A stretch of DNA of 64,000 bases, from NCBI GenBank assembly GCA_002269645.1, contig NIVC01000247.1, forward strand, positions 496,001-560,000, given 5' to 3'. A model generated the notes under the pieces. It saw only the letters and a program-made list of their open reading frames with translations, searched no databases and was not told the origin of the DNA. Shown here in pieces: positions 12,706 to 24,423 of the stretch. The position numbers and the translations under genes are program-made. Source of the stretch: Macrostomum lignano (taxonomy: Eukaryota). How positions within the stretch are numbered: position 1 is the stretch's first letter; the number at the start of each line of letters is the position of its first letter.

Positions 12706-13975
12706 GGGTAGTGGGTGTACGTTAGAACACTCTCAGGAGAGCACCGGCCCCGGAATAACCCAATTGTTTATTTAAAGTTGGTTGCCAGTTTTTAATGTAC
12801 ATAGCTTCAATAATCTTAAGGCGATGATCGATATTGCAACTGTGTATGATAGTAAACCTATCCTTTTGTTCACTGTTGGCGCATTCACTACAGGCCATAA
12901 GATGGTCTTGCACTGCTGATGGCTTTAACCAGTGTTCTCTGCCCCTAACATACAAGTGCCGTTTCGATTTACCTAGGTAGGTAACTCTCTGATCAACAGA
13001 GCACTGGAATTGGTAGACGACACCTGCACTGAAATGTATTTATACTCTACGTTTTGACTTAAATTAAATAAATTCCAATCTGCCCGATGATGCCTAAAGT
13101 TAGGCGAAACATGTCGTTCTAATGAAAATGCTCGCAATCTCCTTTCTTTTACTTCTCATTATCAAGCGTGCTGTTCTACCAGAATCCAAGAGCACTCTCT
13201 TGGAGCCACTTGTCGAAAGCCTCTAAATCCAACGTCCGCTCCCCGAGCGGACCGTGTGTTTGATGGAACTCCAGAAGGTAGTAGGTCATCTCTGGACATC
13301 TGGACACATTGGACATCTCTGCTTATGTAAGCCCACAACCTCGTTTTCTAATATTTTCTGGCAGTTAATGATTTGAAATACTTTTCTAAACGAGTTCCTA
13401 TATCCGCCTCTATCTTCCCTCCTCTCTTTTTTCGAATTGTTTATTTTCTGTCTTGAAGTTTGTCTCGGTAAAAAAAATTCTATGTGGGGGGGTTTGGATT
13501 TGAAAATCCCAACACGCGGTCTGCTCCCGCACTCTCCAACAGCGGGAAATCTCTATGGTAAAATGCCTACAAACTGTAAAATTTATAATTACCATTATTT
13601 TTGCTCACAACCATACACTGTGGTCACAACCGCAATATAATATACGCTCGTATTCCAGTTTAATCTAATCTAATCTGCACGCAAAAGAAGGAAAACAATA
13701 AAAATTGTTATAGTTTGTATTTGACTGAGCGTAATTGGTTCGTTCTTTCCTTAAATTGGCTTGACCTACAATAGAATCTAAACCTACAATAGGCGGAAAC
13801 CAGTATATTTTACTCTGAGGGTATGGCGTAGATCCATCCATTCGTTTCATACTCTGCAAAGACCTTAAACTAATCTTTCAAATTTGTAGTCAATGCATTT
13901 TAACAATCGTTTCCAGATTATTAGAGCTTGAGAAATGAGTTCAGTTTCGTTCATTTTTCAACAATTGTTCCGAGT

Positions 13976-16556
13976 TCAGTTGCGGATAAAGTAGTCTCCA
14001 GCGGTTCCGCTCAGACTGGCAGGCAGATTGACCGCCTTCAGCAGGTAGCACGTCAGTTCCTGATTGGCAAAAATCGCAGCCTTGCAGTCGAGGTTCGACT
14101 GGCAGTTGATCACGCACTCAATATTGGATCGGGCACCGACAGTCAAATAGTCATTGTTAGGTACATAAACCGGCAAAATTGGACGCTTGGCCAAATTAAA
14201 GTTATCGCCGTCTAAAATGAGTGCGTTTAAAGGGGTGCGTTAAAGGTGAAACGTAAACGAAACACTCTCTACTATTTTGGTGAGTCTGTGTGTACGCACG
14301 CGTGCGTAAAAAATGAAAAAGTACCCAGTATTGCATGAATAATTCATACTACTGCGTTTAGATTTAGACACCCCGTTTTTTAGCCTGATGTTTTCTAGCC
14401 TGATGTTTTCTAGCCTGATGTTTTCTAGCCTGATGTTTTCTAGCCTGATGTTTTCTAGCCTGATGTTTTCTAGCCTGATGTTTTCTAGTCTGATGTTTGC
14501 TAGTCTGATGTTTTCTAGTCTGATGTTTTCTAGCCTGATGTTTTCTAGCCTGATGTTTTCTAGCCTGATGTTTTCTAGCCTGATGTTTTCTAGCCTGATG
14601 TTTGCTAACCTGATGTTTGCTAGTCTGATGTTTTCTAGTCTGATGTTTTCTAGTCTGATGTTTGCTAACCTGATGTTTGCTAACCTGATGTTTGCTAACC
14701 TGATGTTTGCTAACCTGATGTTTGCTAACCTGATGTTTGCTAACCTGATGTTTGCTAACCTGGTGTTTGCTAGCTTGATGTTTGCTAGTCTGATGTTTGC
14801 TAACCTGGTGTTTGCTAGCTTGATGTTTGCTAGTCTGATGTTTGCTAACCTGATGTTTGCTAACCTGATGTTTGCTAACCTGATGTTTGCTAACCTGATG
14901 TTTGCTAACCTGATGTTTGCTAACCTGATGTTTGCTAACCTGATGTTTGCTAACCTGATGTTTGCTAACCTGATGTTTGCTAGCTTGATGTTTGCTAACC
15001 TGATGTTTGCTAACCTGATGTTTGCTAACCTGGTGTTTGCTAGCTTGATGTTTGCTAGTCTGATGTTTGCTAACCTGATGTTTGCTAACCTGATGTTTGC
15101 TAACCTGATGTTTGCTAGTCTGATGTTTTCTAGTCTGATGTTTTCTAGTCTGATGTTTGCTAACCTGATGTTTGCTAACCTGATGTTTGCTAACCTGATG
15201 TTTGCTAACCTGATGTTTGCTAACCTGGTGTTTGCTAGCTTGATGTTTGCTAGTCTGATGTTTGCTAACCTGGTGTTTGCTAGCTTGATGTTTGCTAGTC
15301 TGATGTTTGCTAACCTGATGTTTGCTAACCTGATGTTTGCTAACCTGATGTTTGCTAACCTGATGTTTGCTAACCTGATGTTTGCTAACCTGATGTTTGC
15401 TAGCTTGATGTTTGCTAACCTGATGTTTGCTAACCTGATGTTTGCTAACCTGGTGTTTGCTAGCTTGATGTTTGCTAGTCTGATGTTTGCTAACCTGATG
15501 TTTGCTAACCTGATGTTTGCTAACCTGATGTTTGCTAACCTGATGTTTGCTAACCTGATGTTCGCTAACCTGATGTTTGCTAACCTGATGTTTGTTAGCC
15601 TGATGCTTGCTAGCCTGTGGGTTCGATTAGCGCTTGACTTTCGCCCACCGACGATGTATTCAGAAAAATTTTTATTTATTTATATGGGCCTCGTCCGTGT
15701 CGCAGCAGTCAATCGGGTAGGTAGTTTATCCCGTTCACTCTCTGATAGAATGTCTGGATAACGAGCTGAACGGCTAGCAGACATCCGGTTAGCAAGCTGC
15801 TGGGTAATGGTATCGACCCTGCTAAAAGAAGACTGTGGATTTTTTCTATCCTTGCTGCAATTATCGGTCGTGTAATGATGCAGCAAAAGAAGTTCCCTTG
15901 GCTTTTAGCATTCGTGAACTGTCGAAATCAAAGGACGCTGCTACTTCAGGTCATGTAGGCGTCATCTTGCGATCGGAATTTTGTGATTAATCTTGATCTA
16001 TGCTTGATTTATATGATTATTCTTTTCGTGGAATTGTCTGCGCCCTTTATTTTAGAGAGAATCCAAACCATATTCACCCTCAAAACATGTACAGGAACAA
16101 AACATTGTATAATTTGTGAGAGCAGCGTTTTTTCACTTTAGTTGTCTAAGACAGCCTCCTACATAAGCTCAGTAACAAGCATTCTTCAACAACTTACGGT
16201 AGTAGATCAAAGAAAATACGGAGTTTCGCCAGCTGCCGCCGCACTTCTGAGCTGAGTTACCTGGGCAAGCCATGGCGCACTCGCTATCAGGGACTGCTCC
16301 ATACGTTCCGAATGACCATCCGCAGTAGCACTGCTCTTTAATCTGCACGCTAAAGTACGAATAGCCTCTCGAATAGTCTATGGCAGAATCTGGCGCAGAG
16401 CTCTTGCGTCATCAGGTACGTGTCGCTAAATGAGGCTCCTTGAAGGTCTCTATGTTGATCATCTTTGTAGCAGCCGACGTGTGAAAATCGAATGACTTGG
16501 CCAAAGACGCAGGTCAGGATATAGCAGGCAACGGTTATCAGAATTTTAGGATGCAT
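13976..16556 (-). pseudogene. WSC + PAN-like paralog, copy 2, frameshifted in the WSC exon
   Basis: Exon 1, 16556-16198 (MHPKILITVACYILTCVFGQ...HVGCYKDD...CARFC), has an apparent 10-nt duplication near 16370-16380. The shifted frame continues RGYSYFSVQIKEQCYCG...KCGGSWRNSVFSLIYY to a GTAAGT donor. Exon 2, 14211-13976, is intact (GDNFNLAKRP...ECVINC...CKAAIF...TCYLL...DYFIRN*). Confidence 0.75.
14380..15620. repeat. 15-bp minisatellite (CTGATGTTTGCTAAC / CTGATGTTTTCTAGC)n within the WSC copy 2 intron
   Basis: About 80 units, with variant blocks repeated as higher-order units. Confidence 0.97.
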
Positions 16557-16887
16557 TCCGTCTTGCAGGTTATTGGGAGCAGTTGGACTTGCAAGGATGA
16601 GCTTGAGTGCGACTCTTATATGGAGAGGATACGCTTTAAATACGTACAAAAAATGAATTAGAGTTCTACTGACAGTAGTGTAGATGCATCAAAATGTAAT
16701 TAAGATTTATTTCTGTATCGGCACTCATGCATAATTTCAGCCTCGGTTTTAGTTTTTGCTTTTGTACTGTCAAATTGCTGACTACAACCTGGAAATACTA
16801 CGGGTACATCTAACCTCAAAGAAAATCGATAATTCGAAAGCTAAAGAAGAGCCCTTTTAGCATGAACCACAAGAGGTCAAAATGACT

Positions 16888-17050
16888 GGCTTTTTTGGTC
16901 AAAAACGTATTCCGGCCTTCTGGCGTCACTTAACTCGGCCGGTTCGTTACAGTGAAACCGTCTCCAGCTGAAATAGAAATCGTTACAGATGGGAAATGGG
17001 ATGTCAACTTAAGCATTGGAATGAAGGACAAAGTCACCAAATTGACTACT
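16888..17050 (-). pseudogene. Orphan truncated PAN-exon remnant (fourth WSC/PAN paralog)
   Basis: Homologous to 22975-23130, including the preceding intron end. After the TTTCAG acceptor (exon starts at 16967) it reads (A)GDGFTVTNRPS*VTPEGRNTFLTK, versus copy 3 AGDGFTVTKRTIQVMPEGRSKFWTK. It has an in-frame stop and is truncated. Confidence 0.75.
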
Positions 17051-18689
17051 GGGGTGTCCCAAAAGTTCCTGGAAGGTTTGCTCTAGCTCCTCGTTACCTT
17101 AAACTATTTTTATGTTTTATAGGTCCACTAAAGTTCAGAAAATATGCTGATATCTCTGATTGAATTTACGAGTTGAAATCCGTAGCATGTTCATTTTTTC
17201 TGCAATAACTCTTAAGCTATTACTTGTATCTGTAGCTATTACTATATCAGAAACTGGCTGGCGTAAAAGCTTCCAGTCGGAGGAGGTATATTTACTTGTT
17301 TGGAAGACCCTGTGTTTACCGACCTGCCTACATCCTTTCAACTCCATGATCTATTTTCCGGGGGGGGTTCAATAGCTCAGATACTATTGTGAAAGAATTT
17401 AAAGACCTCAAACTTATGCGCTGTCATGGTTACTGATAAAGAAAACTTCGTTTTAAAACTTCTTTCAAGGCAACCTGACTGGGAGATCAAAGAACTGCGG
17501 CCCAAGTGCAAGACTAAAGCAAGCCACTGCAGCCCATTAGGAAGAGCACTCAGAATGTTTGATGGGGGGCTCGGAGCAGCTCATCGGTACACACATTTGA
17601 CTCTCTTGTTTAATTGTCTTGTGTGCACGAAAATTAGCCGGGTGGGTTGGTTTCGTGCGATTCACACCGATGAGGGCCAGGCCACTATGCACAGAGTTTA
17701 CATGATGTCATTGGCGTGCTTGTTTGTGCTCAACAGTCAAAGGAGTGCACAGAATCGTTTGGTGATGTCGCCAAGAGGTTGCATTGCCCAACGTTAATCA
17801 GTACTGTTTCTTTCGGACCGGGGCCAAAATAGTCCGAAAGAATAGCCTCATGGTTTCAGCTAATTCACGCGCTGATGCTGATGATGCATGTAAAAAAGTG
17901 CTGGAAATATTCAGAAAGATGGATTCCATTCCCGTAGATTTTCCTGCGATTTGCAATTAGAAGTTCGATGTCAATCTTTGCTAGCTGCATAAAAATCTAA
18001 TATACTAAAAATGGTCTGTCGGTATGTGTGTGTGTGTATGTGTGTGTGTGTGATCGATTTTAGCAAAAACGGCTCAACCGATTTTCTTCGAACTTGCACT
18101 GTTCGATCAGAAATTTTCCCGTGACAGTACATGCATCGTGGCTAAGAAATTGCTTGATGCTAAAGGGATTAAATATTCGAAAAACATGCTTTTTTGCAAA
18201 GGTCAAGCAGCTCTTTCGACTTGAAATGCATCGTAAGAATGCTAGCAGAAAAACTGACTGGTTGAATTCTGATTCTGAAATAGATTGCATCACAATACAC
18301 TTTATTTATCGTCTGTGTACTGGCTGAATTTGACACTCAATTGAATTGCGTCACAGCTTTGAGTGTGAAAGCATAGCGCAGTACTGAATTTATATTACGT
18401 AACCATATTGTAAACTTTCATAGACACTGGTACTGACTTGCCTAAGAAATTGATTATGTCATAACTGCTTCGTGAGACTTTTTACTCTACCTGACTTGGT
18501 GTGAGTGTTGAATTATATAAGTGGTACAACATCACTGATAACTTCGATGAGAGCTAGCCTAGAGCTGAACAGACCAGACTGCTAATGCAGCGACCTAGGT
18601 TCGAATCTAAGTAGTTTAAAAGTAGTAGTGTAAAATTTTTTATTAAAAGGTTTTATTAAAGGACTAAATAAAAACACTTAGATTACTGC

Positions 18690-21045
18690 ACTCGATAAGC
18701 CAAGGATTATTGCTATTAATAAACCAAGGACTACTGCACTCGATAAACCAAGGACTATTGCTCTTGGCAAACCAAAGATTACTGCACTTGATTAATCAAG
18801 GATTATTGCTATTAATAAACCAAGGATTACGGCACTTGGAAAACCAAGGATTACTGCACTCGATAAACCAAGGACTATTGCTCTTGGCAAACCAAGGATT
18901 ACTGCACTCAAGAAGCCAAGAATTATTGCACTTGGAAAACCAAGGATTAATGCACTCGATAAACCAAGGACTATTGCTCTTGGCAAACCAAGGATTACTG
19001 CACTCAAGAAGCCAAGGATTATTGCTATTAATAAACCAAGGACTACTGCACTCGATAAACCAAGGACTATTGCTCTTGGCAAACCAAAGATTACTGCACT
19101 TGATTAATCAAGGATTATTGCTATTAATAAACCAAGGATTACGGCACTTGGAAAACCAAGGATTACTGCACTCGATAAACCAAGGACTATTGCTCTTGGC
19201 AAACCAAGGATTACTGCACTCAAGAAGCCAAGAATTATTGCACTTGGAAAACCAAGGATTAATGCACTCGATAAACCAAGGACTATTGCTCTTGGCAAAC
19301 CAAGGATTACTGCACTCAAGAAGCCAAGGATTATTGCTATTAATAAACCAAGGATTACTGCACTTGGAAAACCAAGGATTACTGCACTCGATAAACCAAG
19401 GACTATTGCTCTTGGCAAACCAAGGATTACTGCACTCAAGAAGCCAAGGATTATTGCACTTGGAAAACCAAGGATTACTGCACTCGATAAACCAAGGACT
19501 ATTGCACTTGATAGGCCAAAGATTACTGCGCTTGATAAACCAAGGATTATTGCATCTGATAAACCAAGGATTATTGCACTTGATAAACAAAGGATTATTG
19601 CACTTGATAAACAAAGGATTATTGCACTTGATAAACCAAGGATTATTGCACTTGATAAGCCAAGGATTATTGCACTTGATAGTAAAGAATGTTGCACTTG
19701 ATAAGCCAAGGATTAATGCACTGGATTATTCAAGGATTATTGATATTAATAAACCAAGGACTACTGCACTCGATAAACCAAGGATTATTGCTCTTAATAA
19801 ACCAAGGATTACTGCACTTGGAAAACTAAGGATTACTGCACTCGATAAACCAAAGACTATTGCACTTGATAAACCAAGGATTATTGCACTTGATAGGCCA
19901 AGGATTACTGCACTTGATAAACCAAGGATTATTGCACTTGATAAACCAAGGATTATTGCACTTGATAAACCAAGGATTATTGCACTTGATAAGCCAAGGA
20001 TTATTGCACTTGATAAACCAAGGATTACTGCGGTTGATAAACCAAGGATTATTGCATCTGATAAACCAAAGATTATTGCACTTGATAAACCAAGGATTAT
20101 TGCACTTGATAAACCAAGGATTATTGCACTTGATAGGCCAAAGATTACTGCGCTTGATAAACCAAGGATTATTGCACTTGATAAACCAAGGATTATTGCA
20201 GTTGATAAGCCAAGGATTATTGCATCTGATAAACCAAGGATTATTGCACTTGATAAACCAAGGATTATTGCATCTGATAAACCAAGGATTATTGCACTTG
20301 ATAAACCAAGGATTATTGCACTTGATAAACCAAGGATTATTGCACTTGATAAACCAAGGATTATTGCTCTTGGCAAACCAAGGATTACTGCACTCGATAA
20401 GCCAAGGATTATTGCTCTTAATAAACCAAGGATTACTGCACTTGGAAAACTAAGGATTACTGCACTCGATAAACTAAAGATTATTGCTCTTGGCAAACCA
20501 AGGATTATTGCACTTGATAGGCCAAGGATTACTGCACTTGATAAACCAAGGATTATTGCACTTGATAAACCAAGGATTATTGCACTTGATAAGCCAAGGA
20601 TTATTGCACTTGATAGGCCAAGGATTACTGCGCTTGATAAACCAAGGACTATTGCACTTGATAAACCAAGGATTATTGCAGTTGATAAGCCAAGGATTAT
20701 TGCACTTGATAAACCAAGGATTATTGCACTTGATAAACCAAGGATTATTGCACTTGATAAACCAAGGATTATTGCACTTGATAGGCCAAGGATTACTGCA
20801 CTTGATAAACCAAGGATTATTGCACTTGATAGGCCAAATATTACTGCGCTTGATAAACCAAGGATTATTGCACTTGATAAACAAAGGATTATTGCACTTG
20901 ATAAACCAAGGATTATTGCACTTGATAAGCCAAAGATTACTGCACTTGATAAACCAAGGATTATTGCACTTGATAAACCAAGGATTATTGCACTTGATTA
21001 ATCAAGGATTATTGCTATTAATAAACCAAGGATTATTGCACTAGC
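18690..21045. repeat. 24-bp minisatellite (TTATTGCACTTGATAAACCAAGGA)n with higher-order repeats
   Basis: About 97 units; a 312-bp (13-unit) block is duplicated at ~18699 and ~19011. Confidence 0.97.
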
Positions 21046-21224
21046 TGAGAAGCTGATTACTGCGCTGTCTAAAAAAGAGATTATTGCGCTCGCTGAGACG
21101 TGGATTGTTGCACAACCTGAGAAAGCGATTATTGCATTAGCGGAAGTAACATTTGCACTAGCTACTTGCTGTCTCGTGGATGCTTGCTCTCGAGGGGGGA
21201 TACTTGCTATTTGGGAGAGGGGGT

Positions 21225-21620
21225 ACTGGCTACATGCATGGGATTCTTTCTATCCAGGGATGCTTGCTATTCAGGGATTCTTGCTATCTGCAGGATGCTT
21301 GCTATTTAGGGATTCTTGCTATCTGCAGGATGCTTGCTATCTGCAGGATGCTTCTATAATATCTGGGGGTGCTTGCTATCTGCAGGATGCTTCTATAATA
21401 TCTGGGGGTGCTTGCTATCTGCAGGATGCTTGCTATCTGGGTGGATGCTTCTATAATATCTGGGGGTGCTTGATATCTGCAGAATGCTTGCTATCTGGGT
21501 GGATGCTTGCTATCTGGGTGGATGCTTCTATAATATCTGGGGGGTGCTTGCTAATCTGCAGATGCTTGCTATCTGTGGTGATTCTTGCTATGAGCATTAG
21601 AGGATGCTTGCTATCTGCGA
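21225..21620. repeat. Degenerate tandem repeat with a GATGCTTGCTATCTG core
   Basis: Recurring gatgcttgctatct and gatgcttctataatatctggggg units. Confidence 0.8.
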
Positions 21621-22810
21621 TTGTTCACTTTTGGAGGGGGTTGCTTGCTGTCTTGGGAATATTTTCTATTTAGGGAAACGATATTTTGTTGACTGTTTGT
21701 TAATTTTAGAGAAAAAGTGATTTTTTAATTTTGCAAACATCTTAGTCCGTGACAATTTTACACGAATAAGGTGATTTTTAAAATGTGAAGAAGGAATTAG
21801 TGTTTAAGAAAATGTGTTTTTTTATTGTTTTCCATGAACTATTTTTGCTCCTTTCTTATTGGGCGCCCCGAAGGGGGGCCGCACTAGATTGCTAGTGCTT
21901 TCTAATGAGTTGTCAATTCTGAAAGCGAAACTCTCAATGCACCGTGTTCGTTATTTGCTTTCTGATTTTAATCTTCTTTTCATTTTTTGCAATCTGGTTC
22001 CCTTTTCTTCTACTGTTTTTAAAAACCATTTTTCGCTAGTTCCGCTATTTATCTGTGTATTTATTATTTTGTCTATTTGCTACCCGCGAGCGTAATTCCG
22101 TCGGCTTACATTTTCTGCTATGCATTTGTTTTCGACTAGTTATTTCGTGTATAAAAGGCTTATTTCTTTTTTTCAAAATTTTAAATAAAATTTAAAACTG
22201 CAGGCCACTAGCTAGCTACGTGACGGTCAAAGAGTTTTTATTTTTTATGAGATCAATACAAAGTAGTTCAACCTTAGTTTTAATGTAAATATTACTAAAA
22301 CGCATTGAAAGAATGCCGCACCACAATATTTAATGACTAAAGCTGAGTTTTGTGTTCCGATTCCATGTTATAGTAAAACACTTTTATCTAAGAGTTCCTG
22401 TTATTATTTAGGATGTTGAATAAAGCTTAGCAAGCCAAAGAGTCATTTGTCTTTCAGGCATGCATCGATAAATCGTCGAAACTTCCATTGAATATTAGAG
22501 TAATATTTCCGGTACATCACCTGAATTACAGGTCCCAGTTTCTAAATTACATGTAAATAATCCAAATAGTCAAAGCCTATTTAATAAGTATTGTTGCTCA
22601 TTAAAGTGTTTCAATATGTTTAAGCTGCGTTCATTGAAGGAAACTTATTTTCTTTGATAGCATTTCTTTGATACAATGACAATATTTTTAATTCGTTAGA
22701 TTAGGAGGTCTTCAAAAGTTATAAAAAGTGTTAGACAATTTCTGTTCTTGTTCTTGATATTAAAACTATTTTCCTCAAAAGAAGGAGTTGCTGACTAGTT
22801 AGAGATCAGC

Positions 22811-23806
22811 TCAGTTGCGGACAAAATAGTCTCCAGCGGTTCCATTCAGACTGCCAGGCAGTTGGGCCGCCTTCAGCAGGTAGCACAGCAGCTGCTGATT
22901 GGCAAAAAACGCAGCCTTGCAGTTGACTTTGGACTGGCAGAAGATCAGGCACTCTGTGTAGGATCTGGCGGCTTTGGTCCAAAACTTACTCCGTCCTTCC
23001 GGCATCACTTGAATGGTCCGTTTCGTCACAGTGAAACCGTCTCCAGCTGAAGTAGAAATCATTACAGAAGGTGAAGGGAATGTCAACTTAAGCATCAGAA
23101 TGGTATAGACGAAGTCACGAAATTGACTAGAAACTTTGAGATATCCCTTCCAGGTCCCTACCCTGCGCTCTTGGTGGAAAAAGTGGAGATTTCATCTTAA
23201 CTTAAGACTAGAATGAAGCTCAAGGAAAAGCTACAGACCAAACTGACTGCAATCGGAGTCCTAAACCCATGAAACCTATAAGTGAGGCATTTGAATTGCT
23301 TTTTCTAGTTGTTTCTAGGGTGCTTCTAGTTGACTTGTCCGACAAGTTGTCACATGACTGCCAGTTGATACATAGGCTTCAGTTTCCGTGTATAATATAA
23401 CAGTAAACCGACAAAAATAATCTACTATAGCATCCAAAGCCTTACCTTGATAGACAAGGGAGAAGACCGAGTTTTTAAAACTCCCACCGCATTTCTGGGT
23501 TGAGTTTCCACGACAGTCGAAAGAGCAGCCGCTCTCCGCTACAGGCCCATACAATCCATAAGCATTACCGCAAAAGCACTGTCTACCATTTTGTAAACCG
23601 AAAAACAGAAAATTTCTTTCTTCACAGAAGATGCTACAACGCTCATGAGTAGCTGTTTGAACCATATCCTTAAAGGGTCCTTTCAGGTCTCTATCGTGGT
23701 CATCTTTATAGCAACCAATGTAGATGAATGGAATCTCTTGGCCAGAAGAAGCCACCAGAAAAAAGACAGTCACACAGGTGACAAAAGCAAGCTTGATGAA
23801 TAGCAT
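22811..23806 (-). CDS. Secreted WSC-domain + PAN/Apple-like protein, copy 3 (~198 aa)
   Basis: Exon 1, 23806-23446: signal peptide MLFIKLAFVTCVTVFFLVASSG, then YIGCYKDD...CSIFC...FFGLQNGRQCFCG...CGG; GTAAGG donor. Exon 2, 23046-22811: CTTCAG acceptor, ECLIFC...CKAAFF...LCYLL...DYFVRN*. The phase-1 junction is in frame. Confidence 0.88.
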
Positions 23807-24423
23807 GGTGGGTATAGAAAACTGCAGGTTTCTAACTATAAAGCGGCAAGTTATCTTCCTCATTTCGGCTGCTTTTATAGACGTGCCATGAAATATCCTA
23901 GATTAAAGAACTCTAACTGCACTACTGTTAAGTAGTACTTAGTATTGAATTTCGTTGATTTCCTACGTGACTTTTCAGGCTACAAGAAATTTCTAGAATA
24001 ACAAGAAAACTGGATGAAATAACGCTCAATGGGGATGAGGGACTTAAGGGGGTTGCTCTCATATGGCAGTCGGTGCTAACTGATTTTCTTTTTTAACAAT
24101 TTTAAGTAGACTGACTGTAAATGGTTTTCACGTAATAACATTATTATTACTGAATTTATTGCCTCCCAACCCCAAAGTGTTGCTAGTCTTCTATGCACGA
24201 AAGAAAAAAATTGGCTTCTGGCGAATAGCGAGTCTAATTTAGACGTTTTGAACTCACCAACAAATTTTGTCTAGGTTGAATCTTGATGCAAGCCTATTTA
24301 CTATATAAAATTAGAAATTTATAATCAATCAATGTCTCGTTAATCTGGTGAAACTTGTGTAAAAACCGATTAACTCACGAATCTACTTGCCAACTTGGTT
24401 TTCAGCTCTGGCGATCCATTTGC

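Larger units (their letters stand above)
12467..13133 (-). mobile_element. 5'-truncated Penelope-like retroelement: GIY-YIG endonuclease C-terminus plus 107-bp inverted termini
   Basis: Minus-strand frame 13027-12722 reads AGVVYQFQCSVDQRVTYLGKSKRHLYVRGREH...SAVQDHL...C...F.IIH...L.IIEAMYIKNWQPTLNKQ, the GIY-YIG pattern of Penelope-like elements (PLEs). Segments 12467-12573 and 13027-13133 are inverted copies with one mismatch seen. Confidence 0.85.

Noticed and set aside
14388-15761. 457-aa MFANL/MFSSL ORF (pentapeptide-repeat-like)
   Set aside because: It is a 15-bp minisatellite inside a WSC intron on the opposite strand, and unit variation shows no protein constraint.
18555-18615. tRNA-like segment with GGTTCGAATC
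   Set aside because: It has no complete cloverleaf, so at best it is a degenerate SINE head and not a tRNA gene.
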